Shown: positions 27,205 to 39,757 of the stretch, piece after piece
Numbering within the stretch: the stretch's first letter is position 1
How the letters are laid out: every line of letters starts with the position of its first letter
From: the human T2T-CHM13v2.0 reference genome, Homo sapiens
Direction: 5' to 3' (one strand)
Length of the DNA: 64,000 nucleotides
Assembly (NCBI RefSeq): GCF_009914755.1
Contig: NC_060942.1
Made by a program: the position numbers and the translations under genes
Notes under the pieces: model-generated
Databases searched by the model: none
The model's input: the letters and a program-made list of their open reading frames with translations, nothing else
Told to the model about the DNA's origin: nothing

Positions 27205-30200
27205 CATTCTCAGAAACTAGTTTCTGATGTGTGTCCTCAACTAACACAGTTGTACATTTCTTTAGACAGAACAGTTTTGAAACACTCTTTTTGTGGAATC
27301 TGCAAGTGGATATTTGGCTAGATTTGAGGATTTCGTTGGAAACGGGATTACATATAAAAAGCAGACAGCAGCATTCTCAGAAAGTTCTTTGTGATGATTG
27401 CATTCAAGTCACAGAATTGAACATTCCCTTTCACAGAGCAGGTTTGAAACACTCTTTTTGTAGTGTGTGTAAGTGGACATTTGGAGCACTTTCCGGCCTA
27501 AGGTGAAAAAGGAAATATCTTCCCATAAAAACTAGACAGAAGCATTCTCAGAAACTTACTCGTGATGTGTGTCCTCAACTAAAGGAGTAGAACCTTTCTT
27601 TTCATAGAGAAGTTTTGAAACGCTCTTTTTGTGGAATCTGCAAGTGGATATTTGGCTAGTTTTGAGGATTTCGTTGGAAGCGGGAATTCATACAAATTGC
27701 AGACTGCAGCGTTCTGAGAAACACCTTTGTGATGTTTGTATTCAGGACACAGAGTTGAACATTCCCTATCATAGAGCAGGTTTGAATCACTCCTTTTGTA
27801 GTATCTGGAAGTGGACATTTGGAGCGCTTTCAGGCCTATGTTGGAAAAGGAAATATCTTCCCATAACAACTAGACAGAAGCATTCTCAGAAACTTATTTG
27901 AGATGTGTGTACTCAACTAAGAGAATTGAACCACCGTTTTGAAGGAGCAGTTTTGAAACACTCTTTTTCTGGAATCTGCAAGTGGATATTTGGCTAGCTT
28001 TGGGGATTTCGCTGGAAGCGGGAATACATATAAAAAGCACACAGCAGCGTTCTGAGAAACTGCTTTCTGATGTTTGCATTCAAGTCAAAAGTTGAACACT
28101 CCCTTTCATAGAGCAGTCCTGAAACACTCCTTTTGTAGTATCTGGAACTGGACATTTGGAGCGCTTTCAGGGCTAAGGTGAAAAAGGAAATATCTTCCCA
28201 TAAAAACTGGACAGAAGCATTCTCAGAAACTTGTTTATGCTGTATCTACTCAACTAACAAAGTTGAACCTTTCTTTTGATAGAGCAGTTTTGAAATGCTC
28301 TTTTTGTGGAATCTGCAAGTGGATATTTGGCTAGTTTTGAGGATTTCGTTGGAAGCGGGAATTCATACAAATTGCAGACTGCAGCGTTCTGAGAAACATC
28401 TTTGTGATGTTTGTATTCAGGACAGAGAGTTGAACATTCCCTATCATAGAGCAGGTTGGAATCACTCCTTTTGTAGTATCTGGAAGTGGACATTTGGAGC
28501 GCTTTCAGGCCTATGTTGAAAAAGGAAATATCTTCCCATAACAACTAGACACAAGCATTCTCAGAAACTTGTTTGTGATGTGTGCCCTCTACTGACAGAG
28601 TTGAACCTTTCTTTTCATAGAGCAGTTTTGAAACACTCTTTTTGTAGAATCTGCAAGAGGATATTTGCATAGCTTTGAGGATTTCGTGGGAAACGGGATT
28701 GTCTTCAGGTAAAATCTAGACAGAAGCATTCTCAGAAACTTCTTTGGGATGTTTGCATTCAAGTCACAGAGTAGAACATTCCCTTTGGTAGAGCAGGTTT
28801 GAAACACTCTTTTTGTAGTATCTGGAAGTGGACATTTGGAGCGCTTTCAGGCCTATGTTGGAAAGGGAAATATCTTCCCGTAACAACTAGGCAGAAGCAT
28901 TCTCAGAAACTTATTTGAGATGTGTGTACTCAACTAAGAGAATTGAACCACCGTTTTGAAGGAGCAGTTTTGAAACACTCTTTTTCTGGAATCTGCAAGA
29001 GGATATTTGCCTAGCCTTGAGGATTTCGTTGGAAACGGGATTGTCTTCAGATCAAATCTAGACAGAAGCATTCTCAGAAACTTCTTTGGGATGTTTGCAT
29101 TCAAGTCACAGAGTAGAACATTCCCTTTGGTAGAGCAGGTTTGAAACACTCTTTTTTTAGTATATGGAAGTGGACATTTGGAGCGCTTTCAGGCCTACGT
29201 TGGAAACGGAAATATCTTCCCATAACAACTAGACAGAAGCATTCTCAGAAACTAGTTTCTGATGTGTGTCCTCAACTAACACAGTTGAACATTTCTTTAG
29301 ACAGAACAGTTTTGAAACACTCTTTTTGTGGAATCTGCAAGTGGCTATTTGGCTAGATTTGAGGATTTCGTTGGAAACGGGATTACATATAAAAAGCAGA
29401 CAGCAGCATTCTCAGAAAGTTCTTTGTGATGATTGCATTCAAGTCACAGAATTGAACATTCCCTTTCACAGAGCAGGTTTGAAACACTCTTTTTGTAGTG
29501 TGTGTAAGTGGACATTTGGAGCACTTTCCGGCCTAAGGTGAAAAAGGAAATATCTTCCCATAAAAACTAGACAGAAGCACTCTCAGAAACTTACTCGTGA
29601 TGTGTGTCCTCAACTAAAGGAGTAGAACCTTTCTTTTCATAGAGAAGTTTTGAAACGCTCTTTTTGTGGAATCTGCAAGTGGATATTTGGCTAGTTTGGA
29701 GGATTTCGTTGGAAGCGGGAATTCATACAAATTGCAGACTGCAGCGTTCTGAGAAACATCTTTGTGATGTTTGTATTCAGGACACAGAGTTGAACATTCC
29801 CTATCATAGAGCAGGTTTGAATCACTCCTTTTGTAGTATCTGGAAGTGGACATTTGGAGCGCTTTCAGGCCTATGTTGGAAAAGGAAATATCTTCCCATA
29901 ACAACTAGACAGAAGCATTCTCAGAAACTTATTTGAGATGTGTGTACTCAACTAAGAGAATTGAACCACCGTTTTGAAGGAGCAGTTTTGAAACACTCTT
30001 TTTCTGGAATCTGCAAGTGGATATTTGGCTAGCTTTGGGGATTTCGCTGGAAGCGGGAATACATATAAAAAGCACACAGCAGCGTTCTGAGAAACTGCTT
30101 TCTGATGTTTGCATTCAAGTCAAAAGTTGAACACTCCCTTTCATAGTGCAGTCCTGAAACACTCCTTTTGTAGTATCTGGAACTGGACTTTTGGAGCGCT

Positions 30201-33200
30201 TTCAGGGCTAAGGTGAAAAAGGAAATATCTTCCCATAAAAACTGGACAGAAGCATTCTCAGAAACTTGTTTATGCTGTATCTACTCAACTAACAAAGTTG
30301 AACCTTTCTTTTGATAGAGCAGTTTTGAAATGCTCTTTTTGTGGAATCTGCAAGTGGATATTTGGCTAGTTTTGAGGATTTCGTTGGAAGCGGGAATTCA
30401 TACAAATTGCAGACTGCAGCGTTCTGAGAAACATCTTTGTGATGTTTGTATTCAGGACAGAGAGTTGAACATTCCCTATCATAGAGCAGGTTGGAATCAC
30501 TCCTTTTGTAGTATCTGGAAGTGGACATTTGGAGCGCTTTCAGGCCTATGTTGAAAAAGGAAATATCTTCCCATAACAACTAGACACAAGCATTCTCAGA
30601 AACTTGTTTGTGATGTGTGCCCTCTACTGACAGAGTTGAACCTTTCTTTTCATAGAGCAGTTTTGAAACACTCTTTTTGTAGAATCTGCAAGAGGATATT
30701 TGCATAGCTTTGAGGATTTCGTGGGAAACGGGATTGTCTTCAGGTAAAATCTAGACAGAAGCATTCTCAGAAACTTCTTTGGGATGTTTGCATTCAAGTC
30801 ACAGAGTAGAACATTCCCTTTGGTAGAGCAGGTTTGAAACACTCTTTTTGTAGTATCTGGAAGTGGACATTTGGAGCGCTTTCAGGCCTATGTTGGAAAG
30901 GGAAATATCTTCCCGTAACAACTAGGCAGAAGCATTCTCAGAAACTTATTTGAGATGTGTGTACTCAACTAAGAGAATTGAACCACCGTTTTGAAGGAGC
31001 AGTTTTGAAACACTCTTTTTCTGGAATCTGCAAGAGGATATTTGCCTAGCCTTGAGGATTTCGTTGGAAACGGGATTGTCTTCAGATCAAATCTAGACAG
31101 AAGCATTCTCAGAAACTTCTTTGGGATGTTTGCATTCAAGTCACAGAGTAGAACATTCCCTTTGGTAGAGCAGGTTTGAAACACTCTTTTTTTAGTATAT
31201 GGAAGTGGACATTTGGAGCGCTTTCAGGCCTACGTTGGAAACGGAAATATCTTCCCATAACAACTAGACAGAAGCATTCTCAGAAACTAGTTTCTGATGT
31301 GTGTCCTCAACTAACACAGTTGAACATTTCTTTAGACAGAACAGTTTTGAAACACTCTTTTTGTGGAATCTGCAAGTGGCTATTTGGCTAGATTTGAGGA
31401 TTTCGTTGGAAACGGGATTACATATAAAAAGCAGACAGCAGCATTCTCAGAAAGTTCTTTGTGATGATTGCATTCAAGTCACAGAATTGAACATTCCCTT
31501 TCACAGAGCAGGTTTGAAACACTCTTTTTGTAGTGTGTGTAAGTGGACATTTGGAGCACTTTCCGGCCTAAGGTGAAAAAGGAAATATCTTCCCATAAAA
31601 ACTAGACAGAAGCACTCTCAGAAACTTACTCGTGATGTGTGTCCTCAACTAAAGGAGTAGAACCTTTCTTTTCATAGAGAAGTTTTGAAACGCTCTTTTT
31701 GTGGAATCTGCAAGTGGATATTTGGCTAGTTTGGAGGATTTCGTTGGAAGCGGGAATTCATACAAATTGCAGACTGCAGCGTTCTGAGAAACATCTTTGT
31801 GATGTTTGTATTCAGGACACAGAGTTGAACATTCCCTATCATAGAGCAGGTTTGAATCACTCCTTTTGTAGTATCTGGAAGTGGACATTTGGAGCGCTTT
31901 CAGGCCTATGTTGGAAAAGGAAATATCTTCCCATAACAACTAGACAGAAGCATTCTCAGAAACTTATTTGAGATGTGTGTACTCAACTAAGAGAATTGAA
32001 CCACCGTTTTGAAGGAGCAGTTTTGAAACACTCTTTTTCTGGAATCTGCAAGTGGATATTTGGCTAGCTTTGGGGATTTCGCTGGAAGCGGGAATACATA
32101 TAAAAAGCACACAGCAGCGTTCTGAGAAACTGCTTTCTGATGTTTGCATTCAAGTCAAAAGTTGAACACTCCCTTTCATAGTGCAGTCCTGAAACACTCC
32201 TTTTGTAGTATCTGGAACTGGACTTTTGGAGCGCTTTCAGGGCTAAGGTGAAAAAGGAAATATCTTCCCATAAAAACTGGACAGAAGCATTCTCAGAAAC
32301 TTGTTTATGCTGTATCTACTCAACTAACAAAGTTGAACCTTTCTTTTGATAGAGCAGTTTTGAAATGCTCTTTTTGTGGAATCAGCAAGTGGATATTTGG
32401 CTAGTTTTGAGGATTTCGTTGGAAGCGGGAATTCATACAAATTGCAGACTGCAGCGTTCTGAGAAACATCTTTGTGATGTTTGTATTCAGGACAGAGAGT
32501 TGAACATTCCCTATCATAGAGCAGGTTGGAATCACTCCTTTTGTAGTATCTGGAAGTGGACATTTGGAGCGCTTTCAGGCCTATGTTGAAAAAGGAAATA
32601 TCTTCCCATAACAACTAGACACAAGCATTCTCAGAAACTTGTTTGTGATGTGTGCCCTCTACTGACAGAGTTGAACCTTTCTTTTCATAGAGCAGTTTTG
32701 AAACACTCTTTTTGTAGAATCTGCAAGAGGATATTTGCATAGCTTTGAGGATTTCGTGGGAAACGGGATTGTCTTCAGGTAAAATCTAGACAGAAGCATT
32801 CTCAGAAACTTCTTTGGGATGTTTGCATTCAAGTCACAGAGTAGAACATTCCCTTTGGTAGAGCAGGTTTGAAACACTCTTTTTGTAGTATCTGGAAGTG
32901 GACATTTGGAGCGCTTTCAGGCCTATGTTGGAAAGGGAAATATCTTCCCGTAACAACTAGGCAGAAGCATTCTCAGAAACTTATTTGAGATGTGTGTACT
33001 CAACTAAGAGAATTGAACCACCGTTTTGAAGGAGCAGTTTTGAAACACTCTTTTTCTGGAATCTGCAAGAGGATATTTGCCTAGCCTTGAGGATTTCGTT
33101 GGAAACGGGATTGTCTTCAGATCAAATCTAGACAGAAGCATTCTCAGAAACTTCTTTGGGATGTTTGCATTCAAGTCACAGAGTAGAACATTCCCTTTGG

Positions 33201-33309
33201 TAGAGCAGGTTTGAAACACTCTTTTTTTAGTATATGGAAGTGGACATTTGGAGCGCTTTCAGGCCTACGTTGGAAAAGGAAATATCTTCCCATAACAACT
33301 AGACAGAAG
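27205..33309 (+). repeat. Run of three 12-mer HORs
   Basis: Unit starts 27205, 29240, 31275. Confidence 0.92.
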
Positions 33310-34669
33310 CATTCTCAGAAACTAGTTTCTGATGTGTGTCCTCAACTAACACAGTTGAACATTTCTTTAGACAGAACAGTTTTGAAACTCTCTTTTTGTG
33401 GAATCTGCAAGTGGCTATTTGGCTAGATTTGAGGATTTCGTTGGAAACGGGATTACATATAAAAAGCAGACAGCAGCATTCTCAGAAAGTTCTTTGTGAT
33501 GATTGCATTCAAGTCACAGAATTGAACATTCCCTTTCACAGAGCAGGTTTGAAACACTCTTTTTATAGTGTGTGTAAGTGCACCTTTGGAGCACTTTCCG
33601 GCCTAAGGTGAAAAAGGAAATATCTTCCCATAAAAACTAGACAGAAGCATTCTCAGAAACTTACTCGTGATGTGTGTCCTCAACTAAAGGAGTAGAACCT
33701 TTGTTTTCATAGAGAAGTTTTGAAACGCTCTTTTTGTGGAATCTGCAAGTGGATATTTGGCTAGTTTGGAGGATTTCGTTGGAAGCGGGAATTCATACAA
33801 ATTGCAGACTGCAGCGTTCTGAGAAACATCTTTGTGATGTTTGTATTCAGGACACAGAGATGAACATTCCCTATCATAGAGCAGGTTGGAATCACTCCTT
33901 TTGTAGTATCTGGAAGTGGACATTTGGAGCGCTTTCAGGTCTATGTTGAAAAAGGAAATATCTTCCCATAACAACTAGACACAAGCATTCTCAGAAACTT
34001 GTTTGTGATGTGTGCCCTCTACTGACAGAGTTGAACCTTTCTTTTCATAGAGCAGTTTTGAAACACTCTTTTTGTAGAATCTGCAAGACGATATTTGCAT
34101 AGCTTTGAGGATTTCGTGGGAAACCGGATTGTCTTCAGGTAAAATCTAGACAGAAGCATTCTCAGAAACTTCTTTGGGATGTTTCCATTCAAGTCACAGA
34201 GTAGAACATTCCCTTTGGTAGAGCAGGTTTGAAACACTCTTTTTGTAGTATCTGGAAGTGGACATTTGGAGCGCTTTCAGGCCCATGTTGGAAAGGGAAA
34301 TATCTTCCCGTAACAACTAGGCAGAAGCATTCTCAGAAACTTATTTGAGATGTGTGTACTCAACTAAGAGAATTGAACCACCGTTTTGAAGGAGCAGTTT
34401 TGAAACACTCTTTTTCTGGAATCTGCAAGAGTATATTTGCCTAGCCTTGAGGATTTCGTTGGAAACGGGATTGTCTTCAGATAAAATCTAGACAGAAGCA
34501 TTCTCAGAAACTTCTTTGGGATGTTTGCATTCAAGTCACAGAGTAGAACATTCCCTTTGGTAGAGTAGGTTTGAAACACTCTTTTTTTAGTATATGGAAG
34601 TGGACATTTGGAGCGCTTTCAGGCCTACGTTGGAAAAGGAAATATCTTCCCATAACAACTAGACAGAAG
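33310..34669 (+). repeat. 8-mer HOR variant (1360 bp), paralogue of 25845-27204
   Basis: Same dimer order and same private SNVs as the 8-mer at 25845, offset 7465 bp. Confidence 0.93.
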
Positions 34670-36362
34670 CATTCTCAGAAACTAGTTTCTGATGTGTGTC
34701 CTCAACTAACACAGTTGTACATTTCTTTAGACAGAACAGTTTTGAAACACTCTTTTTGTGGAATCTGCAAGTGGATATTTGGCTAGATTTGAGGATTTCG
34801 TTGGAAACGGGATTACATATAAAAAGCAGACAGCAGCATTCTCAGAAAGTTCTTTGTGATGATTGCATTCAAGTCACAGAATTGAACATTCCCTTTCACA
34901 GAGCAGGTTTGAAACACTCTTTTTGTAGTGTGTGTAAGTGGACATTTGGAGCACTTTCCGGCCTAAGGTGAAAAAGGAAATATCTTCCCATAAAAACTAG
35001 ACAGAAGCATTCTCAGAAACTTACTCGTGATGTGTGTCCTCAACTAAAGGAGTAGAACCTTTCTTTTCATAGAGAAGTTTTGAAACGCTCTTTTTGTGGA
35101 ATCTGCAAGTGGATATTTGGCTAGTTTTGAGGATTTCGTTGGAAGCGGGAATTCATACAAATTGCAGACTGCAGCGTTCTGAGAAACACCTTTGTGATGT
35201 TTGTATTCAGGACACAGAGTTGAACATTCCCTATCATAGAGCAGGTTTGAATCACTCCTTTTGTAGTATCTGGAAGTGGACATTTGGAGCGCTTTCAGGC
35301 CTATGTTGGAAAAGGAAATATCTTCCCATAACAACTAGACAGAAGCATTCTCAGAAACTTATTTGAGATGTGTGTACTCAACTAAGAGAATTGAACCACC
35401 GTTTTGAAGGAGCAGTTTTGAAACACTCTTTTTCTGGAATCTGCAAGTGGATATTTGGCTAGCTTTGGGGATTTCGCTGGAAGCGGGAATACATATAAAA
35501 AGCACACAGCAGCGTTCTGAGAAACTGCTTTCTGATGTTTGCATTCAAGTCAAAAGTTGAACACTCCCTTTCATAGAGCAGTCCTGAAACACTCCTTTTG
35601 TAGTATCTGGAACTGGACATTTGGAGCGCTTTCAGGGCTAAGGTGAAAAAGGAAATATCTTCCCATAAAAACTGGACAGAAGCATTCTCAGAAACTTGTT
35701 TATGCTGTATCTACTCTACTAAAAAAGTTGAACCTTTCTTTTGATAGAGCAGTTTTGAAATGCTCTTTTTGTGGAATCTGCAATTGGATATTTGGCTAGA
35801 TTTGAGGATTTCGTTGGAAGCTGGAATACATACAAATTGCAGACTGCAGCGTTCTGAGAAACATCTTTGTGATGTTTGTATTCAGGACACAGAGTTGAAC
35901 ATTCCCTATCATAGAGCAGGTTGGAATCACTCCTTTTGTAGTATCTGGAAGTGGACATTTGGAGCGCTTTCAGGCCTATGTTGAAAAAGGAAATATCTTC
36001 CCATAACAACTAGACACAAGCATTCTCAGAAACTTGTTTGTGATGTGTGCCCTCTACTGACAGAGTTGAACCTTTCTTTTCATAGAGCAGTTTTGAAACA
36101 CTCTTTTTGTAGAATCTGCAAGAGGATATTTGCATAGCTTTGAGGATTTCGTGGGAAACGGGATTGTCTTCAGGTAAAATCTAGACAGAAGCATTCTCAG
36201 AAACTTCTTTGGGATGTTTGCATTCAAGTCACAGAGTAGAACATTCCCTTTGGTAGAGCAGGTTTGAAACACTCTTTTTTTAGTATATGGAAGTGGACAT
36301 TTGGAGCGCTTTCAGGCCTACGTTGGAAAAGGAAATATCTTCCCATAACAACTAGACAGAAG
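34670..36362 (+). repeat. 10-mer HOR variant (A B C D E/F; 1693 bp)
   Basis: E first monomer (caggtaaaat) joined to F second monomer (tttttttagtatatgg..ctacgttgg); 342 bp shorter than the 12-mer. Confidence 0.93.
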
Positions 36363-37722
36363 CATTCTCAGAAACTAGTTTCTGATGTGTGTCCTCAACT
36401 AACACAGTTGAACATTTCTTTAGACAGAAAAGTTTTGAAACACTCTTTTTGTGGTATCTGCAAGTGGCTATTTGGCTAGATTTGAGGATTTCGTTGGAAA
36501 CGGGATTACATATAAAAAGCAGACAGCAGCATTCTCAGAAACTTCTTTGTGATGATTGCATTCAAGTCACAGTATTGAACATTCCCTTTCACAGAGCAGG
36601 TTTGAAACACTCTTTGTATAGTGTGTGTAAGTGGACATTTGGAGCACTTTCCGGCCTAAGGTGAAAAAGGAAATATCTTCCCATAAAAACTAGACAGAAG
36701 CATTCTCAGAAACTTACTCGTGATGTGTGTCCTCAACTAAAGAAGTGGAACCTTTCTTTTCATAGATAAGTTTTGAAACGCTCTTTTTGTGGAATCTGCA
36801 AGTGGATATTTGGCTAGTTTTGAGGATTTCGTTGGAAGCGGGAATTCATACAAATTGCAGACTGCAGCGTTCTGAGAAACATCTTTGTGATGTTTGTATT
36901 CAGGACAGAGAGTTGAACATTCCCTATCATAGAGCAGGTTGGAATCACTCCTTTTGTAGTATCTGGAAGTGGACATTTGGAGCGCTTTCAGGCCTATGTT
37001 GAAAAAGGAAATATCTTCCCATAACAACTAGACACAAGCATTCTCAGAAACTTGTTTGTGATGTGTGCCCTCTACTGACAGAGTTGAACCTTTCTTTTCA
37101 TAGAGCAGTTTTGAAACACTCTTTTTGTAGAATCTGCAAGAGGATATTTGCATAGCTTTGAGGATTTCGTGGGAAACGGGATTGTCTTCAGGCAAAATCT
37201 AGACAGAAGCATTCTCAGAAACTTCTTTGGGATGTTTGCATTCAAGTCACAGAGTAGAACATTCCCTTTGGTAGAGCAGGTTTGAAACACTCTTTTTGTA
37301 GTATCTGGAAGTGGACATTTGGAGCGCTTTCAAGCCTATGTTGGAAAGGGAAATATCTTCCCGTAACAACTAGGCAGAAGCATTCTCAGAAACTTATTTG
37401 AGATGTGTGTACTCAACTAAGAGAATTGAACCACCGTTTTGAAGGAGCAGTTTTGAAACACTCTTTTTCCGGAATCTGCAAGAGGATATTTGCCTAGCCT
37501 TGAGGATTTCGTTGGAAACGGGATTGTCTTCAGATCAAATCTAGACAGAAGCATTCTCAGAAACTTCTTTGGGATGTTTGCATTCAAGTCACAGAGTAGA
37601 ACATTCCCTTTGGTAGAGCAGGTTTGAAACACTCTTTTTTTAGTATATGGAAGTGGACATTTGGAGCGCTTTCAGGCCTACGTTGGAAAAGGAAATATCT
37701 TCCCATAACAACTAGACAGAAG
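36363..37722 (+). repeat. 8-mer HOR variant, second haplotype (1360 bp)
   Basis: A, B/D, E, F with SNVs gtggtatctg, cagtattg, tctttgtata, aagaagt, catagataag. Confidence 0.92.
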
Positions 37723-39757
37723 CATTCTCAGAAACTAGTTTCTGATGTGTGTCCTCAACTAACACAGTTGAACATTTCTTTAGACAGAACAGTTTTGAAA
37801 CACTCTTTTTGTGGTATCTGCAAGTGGCTATTTGGCCAGATTTGAGGATTTCGTTGGAAACGGGATTACATATAAAAAGCAGACAGCAGCATTCTCAGAA
37901 ACTTCTTTGTGATGATTGCATTCAAGTCACAGTATTGAACATTCCCTTTCACAGAGCAGGTTTGAAACACTCTTTGTATAGTGTGTGTAAGTGGACATTT
38001 GGAGCACTTTCCGGCCTAAGGTGAAAAAGGAAATATCTTCCCATAAAAACTAGACAGAAGCATTCTCAGAAACTTACTCGTGATGTGTGTCCTCAACTAA
38101 AGAAGTAGAACCTTTCTTTTCATAGATAAGTTTTGAAACGCTCTTTTTGTGGAATCTGCAAGTGGATATTTGGCTAGTTTTGAGGATTTCGTTGGAAGCG
38201 GTAATTCATACAAATTGCAGACTGCAGCGTTCTGAGAAACATCTTTGTGATGTTTGTATTCAGGACACAGAGTTGAACATTCCCTATCATAGAGCAGGTT
38301 GGAATCACTCCTTTTGTAGTATCTGGAAGTGGACATTTGGAGCGCTTTCAGGCCTATGTTGAAAAAGGAAATATCTTCCCATAACAACTAGACACAAGCA
38401 TTCTCAGAAACTTATTTGAGATGTGTGTACTCAACTAAGAGAATTGAACCACCGTTTTGAAGGAGCAGTTTTGAAACACTCTTTTTCTGGAATCTGCAAG
38501 TGGATATTTGGCTAGCTTTGGGGATTTCGCTGGAAGCGGGAATACATATAAAAAGCACACAGCAGCGTTCTGAGAAACTGCTTTCTGATGTTTGCATTCA
38601 AGTCAAAAGTTGAACACTCCCTTTCATAGAGCAGTCCTGAAACACTCCTTTTGTAGTATCTGGAACTGGACTTTTGGAGCGCTTTCAGGGCTAAGGTGGA
38701 AAAGGAAATATCTTCCCATAAAAACTGGACAGAAGCATTCTCAGAAACTTGTTTATGCTGTATCTACTCAACTAACAAAGTTGAACCTTTCTTTTGATAG
38801 AGCAGTTTTGAAATGCTCTTTTTGTGGAATCTGCAAGTGGATATTTGGCTAGTTTTGAGTATTTCATTGGAAGCGGGAATTCATACAAATTGCAGACTGC
38901 AGCGTTCTGAGAAACATCTTTGTGATGTTTGTATTCAGGACAGAGAGTTGAACATTCCCTATCATAGAGCAGGTTGGAATCACTCCTTTTGTAGTATCTG
39001 GAAGTGGACATTTGGAGCGCTTTCTGGCCTATGTTGAAAAAGGAAATATCTTCCCATAACAACTAGACACAAGCATTCTCAGAAACTTGTTTGTGATGTG
39101 TGCCCTCTACTGACAGAGTTGAACCTTTCTTTTCATAGAGCAGTTTTGAAACACTCTTTTTGTAGAATCTGCAAGAGGATATTTGCATAGCTTTGAGGAT
39201 TTCGTGGGAAACGGGATTGTCTTCAGGTAAAATCTAGACAGAAGCATTCTCAGAAACTTCTTTGGGATGTTTGCATTCAAGTCACAGAGTAGAACATTCC
39301 CTTTGGTAGAGCAGGTTTGAAACACTCTTTTTGTAGTATCTGGAAGTGGACATTTGGAGCACTTTCAGGCCTATGTTGGAAAGGGAAATATCTTCCCGTA
39401 ACAACTAGGCAGAAGCATTCTCAGAAACTTATTTGAGATGTGTGTACTCAACTAAGAGAATTGAATCACCGTTTTGAAGGAGCAGTTTTGAAACACTCTT
39501 TTTCTGGAATCTGCAAGAGGATATTTGCCTAGCCTTGAGGATTTCGTTGGAAACGGGATTGTCTTCAGATCAAATCTAGACAGAAGCATTCTCAGAAACT
39601 TCTTTGGGATGTTTGCATTCAAGTCACAGAGTAGAACATTCCCTTTGGTAGAGCAGGTTTGAAACACTCTTTTTTTAGTATATGGAAGTGGACATTTGGA
39701 GCGCTTTCAGGCCTACGTTGGAAAAGGAAATATCTTCCCATAACAACTAGACAGAAG
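37723..39757 (+). repeat. Chimeric 12-mer HOR (2035 bp)
   Basis: Starts with 8-mer-type A and B/D dimers, then continues into C, D, E, F. Confidence 0.85.
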
